Source: an uncultured Planctomycetota bacterium (GTDB lineage Bacteria > Planctomycetota > Planctomycetia > Gemmatales > Gemmataceae). Taken from it: DNA of 64,000 nt. The notes beneath the pieces were generated by a model. The model was not told the origin of the DNA and did not search any database. It was given only the letters and a program-made list of their open reading frames with translations. Within the stretch, counting starts at the first letter, position 1, and each line of letters begins with the position of its first letter. Shown here one piece after another: positions 14,260 to 25,496 of the stretch. Position numbers and translations under genes: made by a program. The stretch lies in the NCBI GenBank assembly GCA_963849325.1, contig CAWKHF010000006.1:672001-736000 (forward strand), in the 5' to 3' direction.

Positions 14260-15162
14260 TCACACGTCGCACAGCGTCACGGCCTCTTCGAGTCCCCGAG
14301 CCGGGTCGCGCGTCGGTATGAATTCCTGACCGACGTAGCCCTGATATTTCACGTCCACCAGCGCCCGCATGATCGGTGGATAATTGATCTCCTGCTTGTC
14401 GTCCAATTCGGCCCGGCCGGGATTGCCGGCGGTGTGAACGTGGCCGATGAACTCGGCATATTGACGGAGACGACGGATCACGTCGCCGTCCATGATCTGG
14501 ACGTGGTAGATGTCAAAGAGCAGCTTCAGGCGCGGCGAACCGACCTGCTTGATGATCTCCATGCAATAATCGGTGTGGTCGCCCTGGTAGCCGGGATGTC
14601 CCTTCATCTCCTCGTTGACGCGGCTGTTGAGCATCTCCAGGCACAGCGTCACCTTCTTCTGTTCCGCGTAACCGACGATCTTCTTGTAACCGGCCACGCA
14701 GTTTTTCAGGCCGACGTCATCGGGAACGTCCTCGCGGAAGCCGGTGAAGGTGATAACGTTGGGAAAATGAGCGGCGGCGCAGGCGTCGATGGCCGCCCGC
14801 ATCTTGTCGATGCACATCTCCTGATATTTGGGGTTGTTCATGCCCTTCTCAAAGGTGTGACTGCTGGCGATGGCGCAGACCAGGCCGTGCTTTTGCAGCG
14901 TCGGCCAGTCCTTGGGATCGACCAGCTCGACGCTCCGGCAGCCGAGCCGTTTGGCCTGCCGGCACAGCTCGTCGATGTTCCAGTGCTTTTTGAAACACCA
15001 CTGCACGATCGATTGCTGGATGCGCTTGTTCTTGACGGCGGGTTCCTCGGCCCGCGCGGCCCGAGTGCCGGCGCCCAGGGCGCCGGCGACAGCGAGTTGG
15101 GCGGCCCCTTGAAGAACATGACGGCGCGTGATTCGCGGCGAGGACGGGACGTTGGGGGACAT
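14260..15162 (-). CDS. Hydroxypyruvate isomerase-family TIM barrel with Tat signal
   Basis: TRRHVL Tat motif; LEMLNS, LLFDIYHVQIMDGD, HVHTAGNPGRAE, GQEF. Confidence 0.85.
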   Translation of the reverse strand: MSPNVPSSPRITRRHVLQGAAQLAVAGALGAGTRAARAEEPAVKNKRIQQSIVQWCFKKHWNIDELCRQAKRLGCRSVELVDPKDWPTLQKHGLVCAIASSHTFEKGMNNPKYQEMCIDKMRAAIDACAAAHFPNVITFTGFREDVPDDVGLKNCVAGYKKIVGYAEQKKVTLCLEMLNSRVNEEMKGHPGYQGDHTDYCMEIIKQVGSPRLKLLFDIYHVQIMDGDVIRRLRQYAEFIGHVHTAGNPGRAELDDKQEINYPPIMRALVDVKYQGYVGQEFIPTRDPARGLEEAVTLCDV

Positions 15163-15413
15163 GGTTCGCTCCTGGCTTTTCACCTCGTGAGGTTGTTTGT
15201 CGGGGATGAGGACAGAGATCAGTATGGAGGAGTCGCGGAGGTTTGGCAACGATGTTCTCGCGGTTGCTGACCCTTCCGCTGAGGAATCCGCCTTGACAGG
15301 GACAGGGTGACTTCCTATCGTCCGCCCCTTCTCAATGGCTTCGGTCGGGATCGGAGAGGAGGGCCGGGCGGCGTCCGGCTCGTTCGGGCTGCCATCCATC
15401 GGGGGCGAAGTCC

Positions 15414-17300
15414 ATGAACCGTCGTAGCGGAAACAAGCGTCTGCGGGGAGCCGGCTATTGGGCCGGGCAAGGGGTGCTGGGGGCCGTGCTGCTCGGATTG
15501 CTCGGGCTGCTCGGATGCACCTCCCTGCAGACGCGCTTGCAATCCGAGGATGAGGCCGAACACTACTACGTCGATACCGTCGGCGACAAGACGACGGTCG
15601 GCAACGCGGCGCCGCAGCCGGTCGGCGGCGTCGGCCTGGTCGTCGGCCTGGAGGGCAGCGGCGGCGATTGTCCGCCCGATGCCTACCGGGCCATGCTGGA
15701 GAACGACCTGCTCAAGCAGCGCGTCCGCAAGGTGAAGGAAGTGATGACCGACTCCAATCACGCCATGGTCCTCGATCTCCGGCCTGATTCCGCCGGGGGC
15801 GAGCAAGGACGACGCGATCGATCTGGAGGTGAGGCTGCCCGAGCACAGCCGGGCCACCAGCCTGCGCGGCGGCTACCTGATGAAGTGTACGTTGTTCAAC
15901 TACGACTTCGCCGAACGATTGCATCCCGATCCCAACGGCCCGCACGGCATGTTGCGCGGCCATCCTCTGGTCGAGGCCGAGGGCAGTCTCCTGGTCGGCC
16001 TGGGCGACGGCGACGACGCGGTGCGCGTCAAGTGCGGCCGCATCTGGGGCGGCGGACGCTGCCTGGCGCCGACGCCGTTCAGCCTCATCCTGAATCCCGG
16101 CCAGCAGTATGCGCGCGTCTCCTCCCTGATCGCCGACCGCATCAACGAGACGTTCCAGGCCGGCTTCCACGGCGAGGCGAGCTCGGCCGTGGCCTCGGCC
16201 CAGGCCAACACCGGCGTCATGCTGCGCGTGCCGCCGCAATATCGCCTCAACAGGCCACGCTTCCTGCGCGTCGTCCGCCTGATCCCGCTGACCACGCAGC
16301 TCGACCTGCCGAGCGGCAAGGGCGACGACCATCGCTCGTACCGCCAGAAGTTGGCCGACGACCTGCTCGATCCGTCGCGGACAGTGACGGCCGCTCTGCG
16401 CCTGGAGGCACTGGGCGAAATCAGCCGCATGGCCCTGAAAAAAGGCCTGGAGGGCCAGCATCCCCTGGTGCGCTTCTGCTCGGCCGAGGCCCTCGCGTAC
16501 CTCGGCGACCCGTCGTGCGCCGACGAGTTGGCCAAGGCCGTGGCCCATTCGCCGGTCCTGCGCTCCTTCGGCTTGACGGCCATGGCGTCGCTCGACGAGC
16601 ACGTCTGCCACGTCAAGCTGGGCGAACTGCTGACGACGGCCCGAGACGACGAGACGCGCTACGGCGCCTTCCGCGCCTGCGCGAGCTGAATCCGCGCGGC
16701 CGTCTCGTCCAGGGCGAGCTGCTCAACGGATCGTTCTGGGTCCATCGCGTGGCTCCCAACACGGCGCCGTTGGTCCACATTTCGAGCACGAAGCGGCCGG
16801 AAATCGTGCTGTTCGGCGAGGAGCCGATGCTGCGGCCGGACTTCGCTCTGCAAGGCGGCGAGTATGTCGTCACCGCCTCGAAGGACGACAAGCACTGTCA
16901 TCTCAGCCGCGTGCCGCTGCACGGCCCGCCGACGCGCCGCGACTGTTCGCTGGAGCTGGCCGAGGTGCTGCACACGCTGGCCGACATGGGTTGCCAGTAC
17001 CCGGAGGCCGTGACGCTGTTGCAGCAGGCCGACAGCGCCGGCGTTCTGTCCTGCCGGGTGCGTTGCGACGCGCTGCCGCAGTACACTACCGTCTACGAGT
17101 TGGCGAAGCTCGGCCAGAACAAGTCCGGCTCCGCGGACTCCGACGCCGAGCTGGTGCCGGCCGGTCAGGACCTGGGGGTGACGCCGACGCTGTTCGACAA
17201 CGGGCTGTCCTCCCTGTCGTCGCGTCTGCGACAGCAGCAGATGTTGCTCAACGACGCCAAATCGGGCAAGGAGGGGCAAGCCGCTGGCTCGCCGGAGTAG
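15414..17300 (+). CDS. FlgI (P-ring)-like lipoprotein with HEAT-like region; frameshifts near 15775 and 16680
   Basis: Lipobox LLGC; VGGVGLVVGLEGSGG and ATSLRGGYL resemble FlgI; middle part is ORF 15829-16689. Confidence 0.6.
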   Translation: MNRRSGNKRLRGAGYWAGQGVLGAVLLGLLGLLGCTSLQTRLQSEDEAEHYYVDTVGDKTTVGNAAPQPVGGVGLVVGLEGSGGDCPPDAYRAMLENDLLKQRVRKVKEVMTDSNHAMVLDLRPDSAGGEQGRRDRSGGEAARAQPGHQPARRLPDEVYVVQLRLRRTIASRSQRPARHVARPSSGRGRGQSPGRPGRRRRRGARQVRPHLGRRTLPGADAVQPHPESRPAVCARLLPDRRPHQRDVPGRLPRRGELGRGLGPGQHRRHAARAAAISPQQATLPARRPPDPADHAARPAERQGRRPSLVPPEVGRRPARSVADSDGRSAPGGTGRNQPHGPEKRPGGPASPGALLLGRGPRVPRRPVVRRRVGQGRGPFAGPALLRLDGHGVARRARLPRQAGRTADDGPRRRDALRRLPRLRELNPRGRLVQGELLNGSFWVHRVAPNTAPLVHISSTKRPEIVLFGEEPMLRPDFALQGGEYVVTASKDDKHCHLSRVPLHGPPTRRDCSLELAEVLHTLADMGCQYPEAVTLLQQADSAGVLSCRVRCDALPQYTTVYELAKLGQNKSGSADSDAELVPAGQDLGVTPTLFDNGLSSLSSRLRQQQMLLNDAKSGKEGQAAGSPE

Positions 17301-17340
17301 ACGCTTCGCTAGAATAGCGGTTGACGATTGACGAAGTGAA

Positions 17341-17406
17341 CCGAGCCGGGACCGTCAGGGAGCGGACGCCCATGCCCGTCCCCCGCTCCCGACGGTCGCG
17401 GCTCGG
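17341..17406. repeat. REP-like palindrome, family A
   Basis: CCGAGCCGGGACCGTCAGGGAGCGG...CCGCTCCCGACGGTCGCGGCTCGG. Confidence 0.85.
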
Positions 17407-17435
17407 TCTGGCCCCTCTAACTGCGGTGACCGTTC

Positions 17436-20400
17436 ATGCTCAAGCGCCTGGAACTGGTGGGCTTCAAATCGTTCGCCGATAAAACGTCGTTCGATTTCGC
17501 GCCGGGCGTGACGGCCATTGTCGGGCCTAACGGGTCCGGTAAGTCCAATATCGTCGACGGCGTGCGCTGGGTCCTGGGCGAGCAGAGCGCCAAGAGCCTG
17601 CGCGGCGGCGAAATGGCCGACGTCATCTTCAACGGCTCGGCGTCGCGGCGCAGCCTGGGGCTGGCCGAAGTCAGCATGACCTTCGACAACAGCCGCCGCG
17701 CCCTGGCCACCCCCGCCGAGGAAGTGCAGATCAGCCGCCGCGTCTACCGCGGCGGCGAGGGCGAATACCTCCTCAACGGCCAGGTCTGCCGCCTCAAGGA
17801 CATTAAAGACCTCTTTCTCGGCAGCGGCGCCGGCAGCGACGCCTACTGCATCATCGAACAGGGCCGCGTCGATGTCTTGTTGCAAGCCTCGACCAAGGAA
17901 CGCCGCACCATCTTCGAGGAGGCGGCCGGCATCAGCCGTTTCAAGGCCAAGAAGGTCGAGACGCTGCGCCGCCTGGAGCGCGTCGATCAGAACGTCGCCC
18001 GCCTGCGCGACATCCTCGACGAGGTCGAGAAGCAGCTGCGCAGCGTCAAGCTGCAAGCGGCCAAGGCCCAGCGTTACCAGGAATACGCCCAGCGCCTCAA
18101 GCAGCTCCGCGTTGCGCTCGGTCTGCAAGAGTATCACCAGCTGAGTGAAAGCCTCCAGTCCGAGACGGCCGTGCTCGACCGCCTGCGCGCCGAACTGACC
18201 GAGCAGACGGCGCAGGCCGACGTCTGGGAGAACGAGCTGCGCCAGCTGGAGGAAGCGCTGGGACGGCTCGACGCCTCGATCCGCGAACAGGCGGCGGAGC
18301 TGGCCGCGGCGCGCGAGCAGATCGCCTCGCACGAGGCGACGCTGTCGCACGAATGGACGCTGGCCGAGGACGTCGAGAAAGAGCTGGCCCGCGCCCGACA
18401 GCGGCGCGCCGAGCTAAGTCGGCACGTCACCGAACTGTCCGAGACGGCCGGCCGGGTCGAGGAGGAACTGCGGCAGGTCGAGGCGACGTGTCAGGCGCAG
18501 CAGCGCGACGTGCAGCAGCGCGAGGAACAGTTGCAGGCGACGGAGGCACGTCTGGCCGAACTGCGCGGGCAGGTGCTGCGCGAGGACGGCGAACATCTGG
18601 AGTGCATGCGCCAGGCCGGCCGGCTCAAGAACGACGCCATCAGCTACAAGGCCCAGGTCGATAACCTGACGCGCGAGCGGATGCGTCTGTTGCAGCGCAG
18701 CGAGCAGGCCGCCGAGCATTTGGCCTCGCTGGACCTGGAGCTGCAAGAGCTGAGCGCCGCCGAGGAGGAGCTGCAAACGCGGTTGGTCAGCGCCCGGCAG
18801 GCGCTGACCGAGCTGCGCCAGGAGCGCGATCGGCTGCGGCAGCTGCGCGACGAGACGACGCAGCGAGCTTCCGATCTGCGGGCGCAGCGCAGCGGCCTGG
18901 TTAGCCGCATCGAGGTGCTGGAAGGACTGGAACGCAGTCACGAAGGGCTGGGCACCGGCCCGCGCGAGCTGTTCGCCCTGCTCGAACAGCCGGACCCGGG
19001 ACCGTGGCGCACCGTCCTGGGTCTCCTCGCCGAGTTCCTCACCGTGCGCCGCGAATACGCGCCGCTCATCGACCTGGCCCTGGGCGATCGCGCCGCAGCG
19101 CTTCCTGGTGCGCGATACCGATCAGTTGGCCCAGGCGCTGCGCCAGCGCAGTCAGCCGTTTTCGAGCCGGGTCAGTTTCTTGCCGCTGACGGTGGGACCG
19201 GCAACCCGTCCGTCGCGGCCCCGGACAGGCGAGACGCCGGTCCCAGCCTCCGCGCTGGCGTCGGGCCAGGGTCCGCTGCCCATCGAGGGCGTGCCGGTCC
19301 ACCCCGGCGTCATCGCCCTGGCCGAGCAAGTGGTCCGCTGCGACAATCCGGAGCTGGCCGATCTGCCCGCGCGTCTGCTGGCCGGCACGCTGATCGTGCG
19401 CGACCTGACCGCGGCGCGGCGCTCGCCCCCCATCTGCCCGGCCATCGCTTCGTCACGCTGCACGGCGAATTGCTGGAAGCGGACGGCACACTGACCGTCG
19501 GCACGCACCACGCCGAGACCGGCATTCTGTCGCGCAAGAGCGAGCTGCGCGAGCTGCGCGAGCAGGTGGCCGAACTCGACCGCCGTCTGAGCGAGCTGGA
19601 CCGCGATCTGATCGACCTGCGCGAGGCGCTGGCCCTGCTCGACAGCCGGGCCGAGAACGGCCAGCTGGAAATCGACGTGCTGTCGGAGCAGGTGTCCGAC
19701 CTGCGTTCGCGCATCGGCCAGCACCGCCAGCGGCGCGAGGGCTTGCACGAGGAAGTGCAGGTCAGCCGCAGCGAGATCAGCGGCCTGGAGCAAGAAATCG
19801 CCAACCTTGACCAGTCATGGCGGCAGGCCCGCGACCATGCTGCTCGCGCCGACGCCGAGGTGCAGCGGCTTCACGCTCGGCTCGAAGAGGCCAAGCGCGA
19901 GATCCGCGAGCACGAATCGCACCAGCAAGAACGCCAGCAAGAAGCGACGACGGTGCGCGTGGCACTGGCCCAGATCGAGGAACGTCTCACCGCTCTGCGC
20001 GCCCGCCACGAACAGATCGAGACGGACCTGCGCCAGCGCATCCAGGAACGCGAGCAGACACAGCGGCAGCAGGCCGCGACGCTCGCGCGTCAGCAAGAGA
20101 ACCAGCGAACGCTGCTGGAGGCGTCGTCGTCGCTGGCCGCCTGGTATCTCCGCAAGGAGGCCGCCGAACGACAACTCGCCGAGTGGGGCCGCGATCGCGC
20201 CCGGCTGCACCAGGAACGACAGCAGCGCAACGAGCAGGCCCAGGCCAGCCGCAACACCTGGCGCGCCCAGCAGGAGCAGGCCCACGCCCGCGAGCTGACC
20301 GTCAACGACCTGCGCCACCGCCGCGATTCGCTGTGCACGCGGCTGCACGAAGAGTACGAGATCGACCTCGCCGTCCTTTACGCGAAGCAGCGGCACCGCC

Positions 20401-21155
20401 AGTACGCAGTCGACGACCGCAACCTCGCGATGACGGAGGGCGAGATGCGCCAGCGCAAGCCGGTCCTGTCTCCCGAGCAGGAAATCGAGGAGCTGCGCCG
20501 CAAGCTCAGCCGGCTCGGCAGCGTCAACCTCGACGCCCTGCAAGAGTTGGCCGAGCTGGAAGCGCGGGCCGGCGCCTTGCAGATCCAGTACGACGACCTG
20601 ACGTCGGCGCAGAAAGCCTTGCAGGAGATCATCGCCAAGATCAACGGCGACAGTCGCAAGCTATTCGGCGAGACCTTCGCCACCATCCGCACCCACTTTC
20701 AGGAGCTGTTCCGCAAGCTGTTCGGCGGCGGCATGGCCGACATCGTTCTGGAGGACGAGACCGACATCCTGGAGAGCGGCATCGAGGTCATCGCCCGACC
20801 GCCCGGCAAGGAGCTGCGCAGCATCTCGCTAATGTCCGGCGGCGAGAAGACCATGACGGCGGTGGCCCTGCTGTTGGCCATCTTCCGCAGCAAGCCCAGT
20901 CCGTTCTGCATCCTCGACGAGGTGGACGCGGCGCTGGATGAGGCGAACATCAACCGCTTCACGGCGGTGCTGCGCGACTTCCTCGATCGCTCGCAGTTCA
21001 TCATCATCACGCACTCGAAGCGCACGATGGCCTGTGCCGACATGCTGTATGGCATCACCATGCAGGAGTCCGGCATCTCGCGGCGAATTGCGGTTCGCTT
21101 CGAGGATTGGCCCGATGATGAGAAGACACCGCAGGAGGCGAAAGAAGCATCATGA
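17436..21155 (+). CDS. smc: Chromosome segregation protein SMC; compensating frameshifts near 19095 and 19425 in the hinge
   Basis: GFKSF, Walker [10 protein letters not shown], coiled coils, MSGGEKT signature, Walker [16 protein letters not shown]. Confidence 0.97.
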   Translation: MLKRLELVGFKSFADKTSFDFAPGVTAIVGPNGSGKSNIVDGVRWVLGEQSAKSLRGGEMADVIFNGSASRRSLGLAEVSMTFDNSRRALATPAEEVQISRRVYRGGEGEYLLNGQVCRLKDIKDLFLGSGAGSDAYCIIEQGRVDVLLQASTKERRTIFEEAAGISRFKAKKVETLRRLERVDQNVARLRDILDEVEKQLRSVKLQAAKAQRYQEYAQRLKQLRVALGLQEYHQLSESLQSETAVLDRLRAELTEQTAQADVWENELRQLEEALGRLDASIREQAAELAAAREQIASHEATLSHEWTLAEDVEKELARARQRRAELSRHVTELSETAGRVEEELRQVEATCQAQQRDVQQREEQLQATEARLAELRGQVLREDGEHLECMRQAGRLKNDAISYKAQVDNLTRERMRLLQRSEQAAEHLASLDLELQELSAAEEELQTRLVSARQALTELRQERDRLRQLRDETTQRASDLRAQRSGLVSRIEVLEGLERSHEGLGTGPRELFALLEQPDPGPWRTVLGLLAEFLTVRREYAPLIDLALGDRAAALPGARYRSVGPGAAPAQSAVFEPGQFLAADGGTGNPSVAAPDRRDAGPSLRAGVGPGSAAHRGRAGPPRRHRPGRASGPLRQSGAGRSARASAGRHADRARPDRGAALAPHLPGHRFVTLHGELLEADGTLTVGTHHAETGILSRKSELRELREQVAELDRRLSELDRDLIDLREALALLDSRAENGQLEIDVLSEQVSDLRSRIGQHRQRREGLHEEVQVSRSEISGLEQEIANLDQSWRQARDHAARADAEVQRLHARLEEAKREIREHESHQQERQQEATTVRVALAQIEERLTALRARHEQIETDLRQRIQEREQTQRQQAATLARQQENQRTLLEASSSLAAWYLRKEAAERQLAEWGRDRARLHQERQQRNEQAQASRNTWRAQQEQAHARELTVNDLRHRRDSLCTRLHEEYEIDLAVLYAKQRHRQYAVDDRNLAMTEGEMRQRKPVLSPEQEIEELRRKLSRLGSVNLDALQELAELEARAGALQIQYDDLTSAQKALQEIIAKINGDSRKLFGETFATIRTHFQELFRKLFGGGMADIVLEDETDILESGIEVIARPPGKELRSISLMSGGEKTMTAVALLLAIFRSKPSPFCILDEVDAALDEANINRFTAVLRDFLDRSQFIIITHSKRTMACADMLYGITMQESGISRRIAVRFEDWPDDEKTPQEAKEAS

Positions 21156-21219
21156 GGACACAGGGAACAGGGTCGTCAAAACGGAGGATACCGCGTGGCT
21201 GGCAAGAAAAAAGCCAAGG

Positions 21220-21906
21220 ATGAGCAGGCAGAAGAGGCCCAGGCCAAGGAGAGTCGCGGCTGCCCCACTGGATAACGAGCAGGAGAAGGCGGCTTGCAAT
21301 CCCGTTCCCGTGAAGAGAGATAAGTTTCATGACGCCGCCGTTATCCCCTATGGATGCACGATCGAACATATCTACCAAGCGATGAATGACTTCCTCCATT
21401 TCCTTGGCTTCATCAACGCCCAATTGAACTCGAAGGGGATTCAACGTCTTGAATCCATGCTCATGCCGGCCAACTTCAGCAGCATGGTCGGGGAGTTCAT
21501 GACCGCGACCATCCCGAAGTATTGCCCGGCCGTTGCGAAGAACCTCTACCACAATGGACACCCCGACCTGCTGCCCAGAGCGATGTTTCCCGCCGATTCT
21601 CTTCAGCACGGCACCGAGGGCATCGAAATCAAGGCTTCGCGCTACAGCAGCGGCTGGCAAGGACACAATGCCGAAGAATGCTGGTTGATGGTCGTCGTCT
21701 TCGAGAGCAATCGCCCCGCCGACATGGCCAAGAACGCGCTGCGGATACCCTTCCGGTTCAAGTCCGTATTCCTGGGACGACTCACTCTCGCGGATTGGAG
21801 CTTTTCCGGAAGGAGCAAAAAGAGTCGCCGGACCATCACGGCCAGCGTGACAAAATCGGGATACGAGAAAATGACCAAGAACTGGATTTATCGGGACGAG
21901 GATTGA
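21220..21906 (+). CDS. Putative type II restriction endonuclease (PD-(D/E)xK)
   Basis: HPDL...GIEIKAS motif; convergent with a DNA methyltransferase; start uncertain (GTG 21195 after GGAGG is in another frame). Confidence 0.6.
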   Translation: MSRQKRPRPRRVAAAPLDNEQEKAACNPVPVKRDKFHDAAVIPYGCTIEHIYQAMNDFLHFLGFINAQLNSKGIQRLESMLMPANFSSMVGEFMTATIPKYCPAVAKNLYHNGHPDLLPRAMFPADSLQHGTEGIEIKASRYSSGWQGHNAEECWLMVVVFESNRPADMAKNALRIPFRFKSVFLGRLTLADWSFSGRSKKSRRTITASVTKSGYEKMTKNWIYRDED

Positions 21907-21955
21907 AGGACGGGGATACCCGACGGCCGGATTGAGGCCGGCGCATTGAAAGGTG

Positions 21956-22948
21956 TCAGAACAAGAGAGGTTCAGGTTTGTTAAGCGTCGGAGTGCGGAT
22001 GCGGGTGAGGCAGGGGACCGCCTCGCAGGCGAGAGCGAAGTAATCGGCCAATCGCTCAACACCAAGACTGGCAATGCCGAGAGCCTCCGCCGCGGCCACG
22101 GTCGATCCAGACCCCATGAATGGGTCGGCGACGATTCCGACTCCGATCGGCAAAGCGGCATGGACGAGTTGGCGGAGGAAAGACTGTGGTTTGAGGCTGG
22201 GATGGTTGGCGATCTGCGCTCCGCTTTGGGAGTACGTTCGCTCTCCATGACATCCTCGAACGGTAAGCCATTTATCCGGCGCCGTAGTCCTCCGGTCTGG
22301 TACTCGCGAAGGCAATCGCTGACTTTCATCCCCGCAGGCATCGGCTTGCGGAACAACCCCCACGGTTCATAGCAACCGCGCGAAGTGAGGATACATCGGG
22401 GAACTCTCCCTCTGCGTTCTTGGGACGGTCGCCGCCACGAAGCGTCCGAACGAGGCGGATGATCTCTCCACGAAACTCGAATCCCCCTTCCACCACTGCG
22501 GAGAAGACGAATTGCGATAGAAAAGCGTTGCTGGCAAGGAATAGGTGCCCGCCGGGCGCAAGACCCGCACAGCGAGTTTGGCCCACTCGACAAAAAAGCA
22601 CCGAAGTTGTTCCCGTTCTTTCGGATTGAGAGCGGTAAAGCGGGGGAGTGGAGACCGCGTGTGACCGTCGAAAGAGGGCGGGATGCGCCAAATTCCTCCT
22701 TTGCCATTCGTTCGTTTCGTCAACTGCTCGAAGTCGTATTCCTTCACGCCATAAGGAGGGTCCGTGACGATGGCGTGGACGCTGTTTTCCGCGATCCGCT
22801 CCATCCACTCGAAGCAGTCGGCGTGGATAAGCAGGGACGAGCCAAAGGACTGAAACCGATAATCGAGACGAAACAATTCGAAGTTGATTCCATCCGGCAT
22901 GGCATCCCTCCGTATACTTGCGTACATCCTATCATGGAGAGATGACAT
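21956..22948 (-). CDS. Beta-class N6/N4 DNA methyltransferase; frameshifts near 22555 and 22380
   Basis: ADCFEWM, IVTDPPY (motif IV) precedes HPSLKP and DPFMGSGST (motif I). Confidence 0.9.
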
Positions 22949-23094
22949 CGGCAACTGATTGCTTCCTCCTATGGTCCTTTCCCTCCACTTCTTTTCGTCA
23001 TATTCGGAAACGCCTATCTACTCGATGAGAGAACCCAGTCGAGGATCGCTTGCCGCAATGCAGCAGGCCGGGGAAAAGTTCGTCCGATCCACGA

Positions 23095-23917
23095 TCATTT
23101 TTTGACGTGCCACATCTTCAGAATCATGGCGTAGCCCCTCGGGTCATAGGTCTTTAGCTCCTTGCGGTCGAACGGCTGGTAATTGCAGCCAGAGAAATAC
23201 ATGCACGACAGTTCGGCGAAGTATTCCAGCTGGTTCACCAGCGCATACGCCTTCTCAATCGATTTGCCCTCCTCGTCCTTGACGTTGCGATAAAGGCCGT
23301 TTTTCATGGCGTTGTCCCAGGCGCGGAGAATGTCCGGCTGGTCTTCCGACCACTGCTCCAGATGGTAGGCGTGCGCGAATTCGTGAACGAGCGCCTTGAG
23401 TGCCCAGAACTCCGAGATGCGCAGGTAATTCTCGGCACAATAGATGACCACACAATCGCTCCAGCGCGGATCGAGAAGGCGGTGGTGCTTCGGGGCGTCC
23501 TTCTGGAAGTATTCCAGTCCATTATCGCGGCCGCCGCCCTTGGCCTTCGGGCCGTACAGCAGATAGATCGGCACTTTCCGCAGACGAGCGCGCGACGGCT
23601 CGGGCAGCAGCGCCAGCATCTTGGCCAGCATCTGTTTCAGCCGCAGCTGGGCCTGGCGCGACGCCGGGAGCTTCGGCCAGCAGTTGCTTCTCGACCATCA
23701 CGGTCCATTTATCGACGCGGAGTGTCTTGTATTCGCGGGTGGGCTTGCTGTAATCGACGGACTGCTGGGCGGGCGGAGGAGGAGTCTTCCGCTCTTCCGC
23801 ATGGGCATACCGAGGTAACTCGCCGACCGTGATGCACGTCCCGACGAGGAAGCAAAACGCTAGCACTCGTAACGCGAGAAAGGAGACGTTTCGAGAAGCC
23901 TGGGGAACTCGATCCAT
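23095..23917 (-). CDS. Secreted zinc metallopeptidase-like protein (gluzincin); frameshift near 23650
   Basis: HEFAHAYH plus NQLEYFAE; signal peptide in ORF 23522-23917. Confidence 0.7.
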
Positions 23918-23963
23918 TCCGAAGCTCCAGAGAAAATCGCTTAGACGTTGCCGTGTCCACGAT

Positions 23964-25371
23964 TCAGGACAGTAATCCAGGGATCGGCTCCCAGCCCGTC
24001 ATCGTCTGGGCGATCTCGCGCGGCGCCCGGGCACCAGGCGCAGCTCGCCGACGTCGAACAGCGTGTGCAGGATCGTGGCGATCAGGTTCTGGATGCGGAC
24101 GGGCTCGGACTGCGGCTCGCCGGCGTGGCGGTCGGACTGGCCGATGACCTGCCCCATCTTCAGGCCGCCGCCGGCCAGCAGCAGCGGGCCGAGGTTGCCC
24201 CAGTGGTCGCGGCCGCCGTTCTTGTTGATGCGTCGGCGTCCGGCCCATCTCGCCGCAGACGACCAGCAGGATTTGCTCGCTCAGGCCGCGCGCCTCGACG
24301 TCTTCGAGGAACGCCGACACGGCATGGTCGAGCGGCCGGCCCATGTAGCGCATGCCCTCGGCGACGCCGGCGTTGTTGACGTCGGCGTGCATGTCCCAGA
24401 CGAAATTCGTCGTCACGGTCACGAAGCCGCAGCCGCGCTCGCACAGCCGGCGGGCCAGCAGCAGCAGCTTGCCCAGCGACTTGGCGTTATCGACGTAGTT
24501 GTTGTAGTTCTTCCACTTCTTGTCGATGTTCTCGGGCCGGACCAGCGGCGCGGTGTCGTAGCGCGCGACGGTGCGCGGATCCTCCTTGGTCAGGTCGAAG
24601 GCGTCGGCGACGCCGCCGAGGATGGTCTCGAACGCCTGCTGCGCGCACGCGGTCCATGCCCTCGAAGCGCGCCCGCCTCGGCGAGCGTCCAGCTGCACGC
24701 GGTCGAGCTCGGCCAGCAGCCGGCGGCGGTCGTCCAGGCGCGTCGAGCGGGACAGTCAGGTGCATGTCTTGCTGCAGTCTGCCGCCGCCGCTGGGATCGA
24801 ACGGAGCGTAGGCGGCGCCGAACGGCCCGGTATCGCCGAACTTGCCGAAGGTCATCGGTGCCCGGCTGCGTGCTGGGGTCGACGGCGCGCGGGAACAGGA
24901 GCCACGTTGGTCGGCATGCCGGTGCCGGCGTGGTTGGTCGCCGGCCATGCGGGCGTAGACGGAGCCGAGGTTGGCGCCGAAGGTGTCGCGGCCGACGACC
25001 GGCTTGATGTCGTGGTTGCCGTCGCCGGGGACGAACGAGCGCACCACGGTCGAGCTTGTCGGCCAGGGCGGCCAGCCGCGGGAAGGTGCCGCCGAAGGTG
25101 ACGCCGGGCAGCCGCGTGGCGACCTCGCCGGTGGCGCTGCGGATGCTCGGCCGGGGCGCGACATCTTGGGGTCGAACGTCTCGATCTGGCTGGGGCCGCC
25201 GTGCAGGAAGAGGAAGATGACGGACTTGCCGGTGACAAGTTGTTTGTCACTGGCCGCCCGCGCCTGCGCGGCGAACAGGTCCGCCAGCGACAGGCCGCCC
25301 AGGGCCAGGCCGCCGACCGTGAGAAAGGCCCGGCGGTCGAAACGGCGTCCACCGTCGTGGATGGTGAGCAT
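23964..25371 (-). CDS. DUF1501 protein, heavily frameshifted
   Basis: RRAFL Tat motif; SVIFLFLHGGPSQIETFDPK; LLARRLCERG; WDMH; GEMGRTP. Confidence 0.85.
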
Positions 25372-25496
25372 CAACGTTCCCCTTGCTCGCTATGTCCGCG
25401 TTCATCAGGGCGAGGTTGGTCCGATCCGGTGCGAACTTCAGGGTAACACGGCGAGCCCGAAGAAACCAGCATTCCATGCCTCGGACCATCCTTCAA

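Noticed and set aside
19095-19430. Programmed frameshifting in smc or the kinases
   Set aside because: No slippery sites noted, and indels are scattered throughout the window
21055-22707. 550-aa minus-strand ORF across the R-M pair
   Set aside because: Chimera of a short methyltransferase segment and antisense sequence, produced by frameshifts
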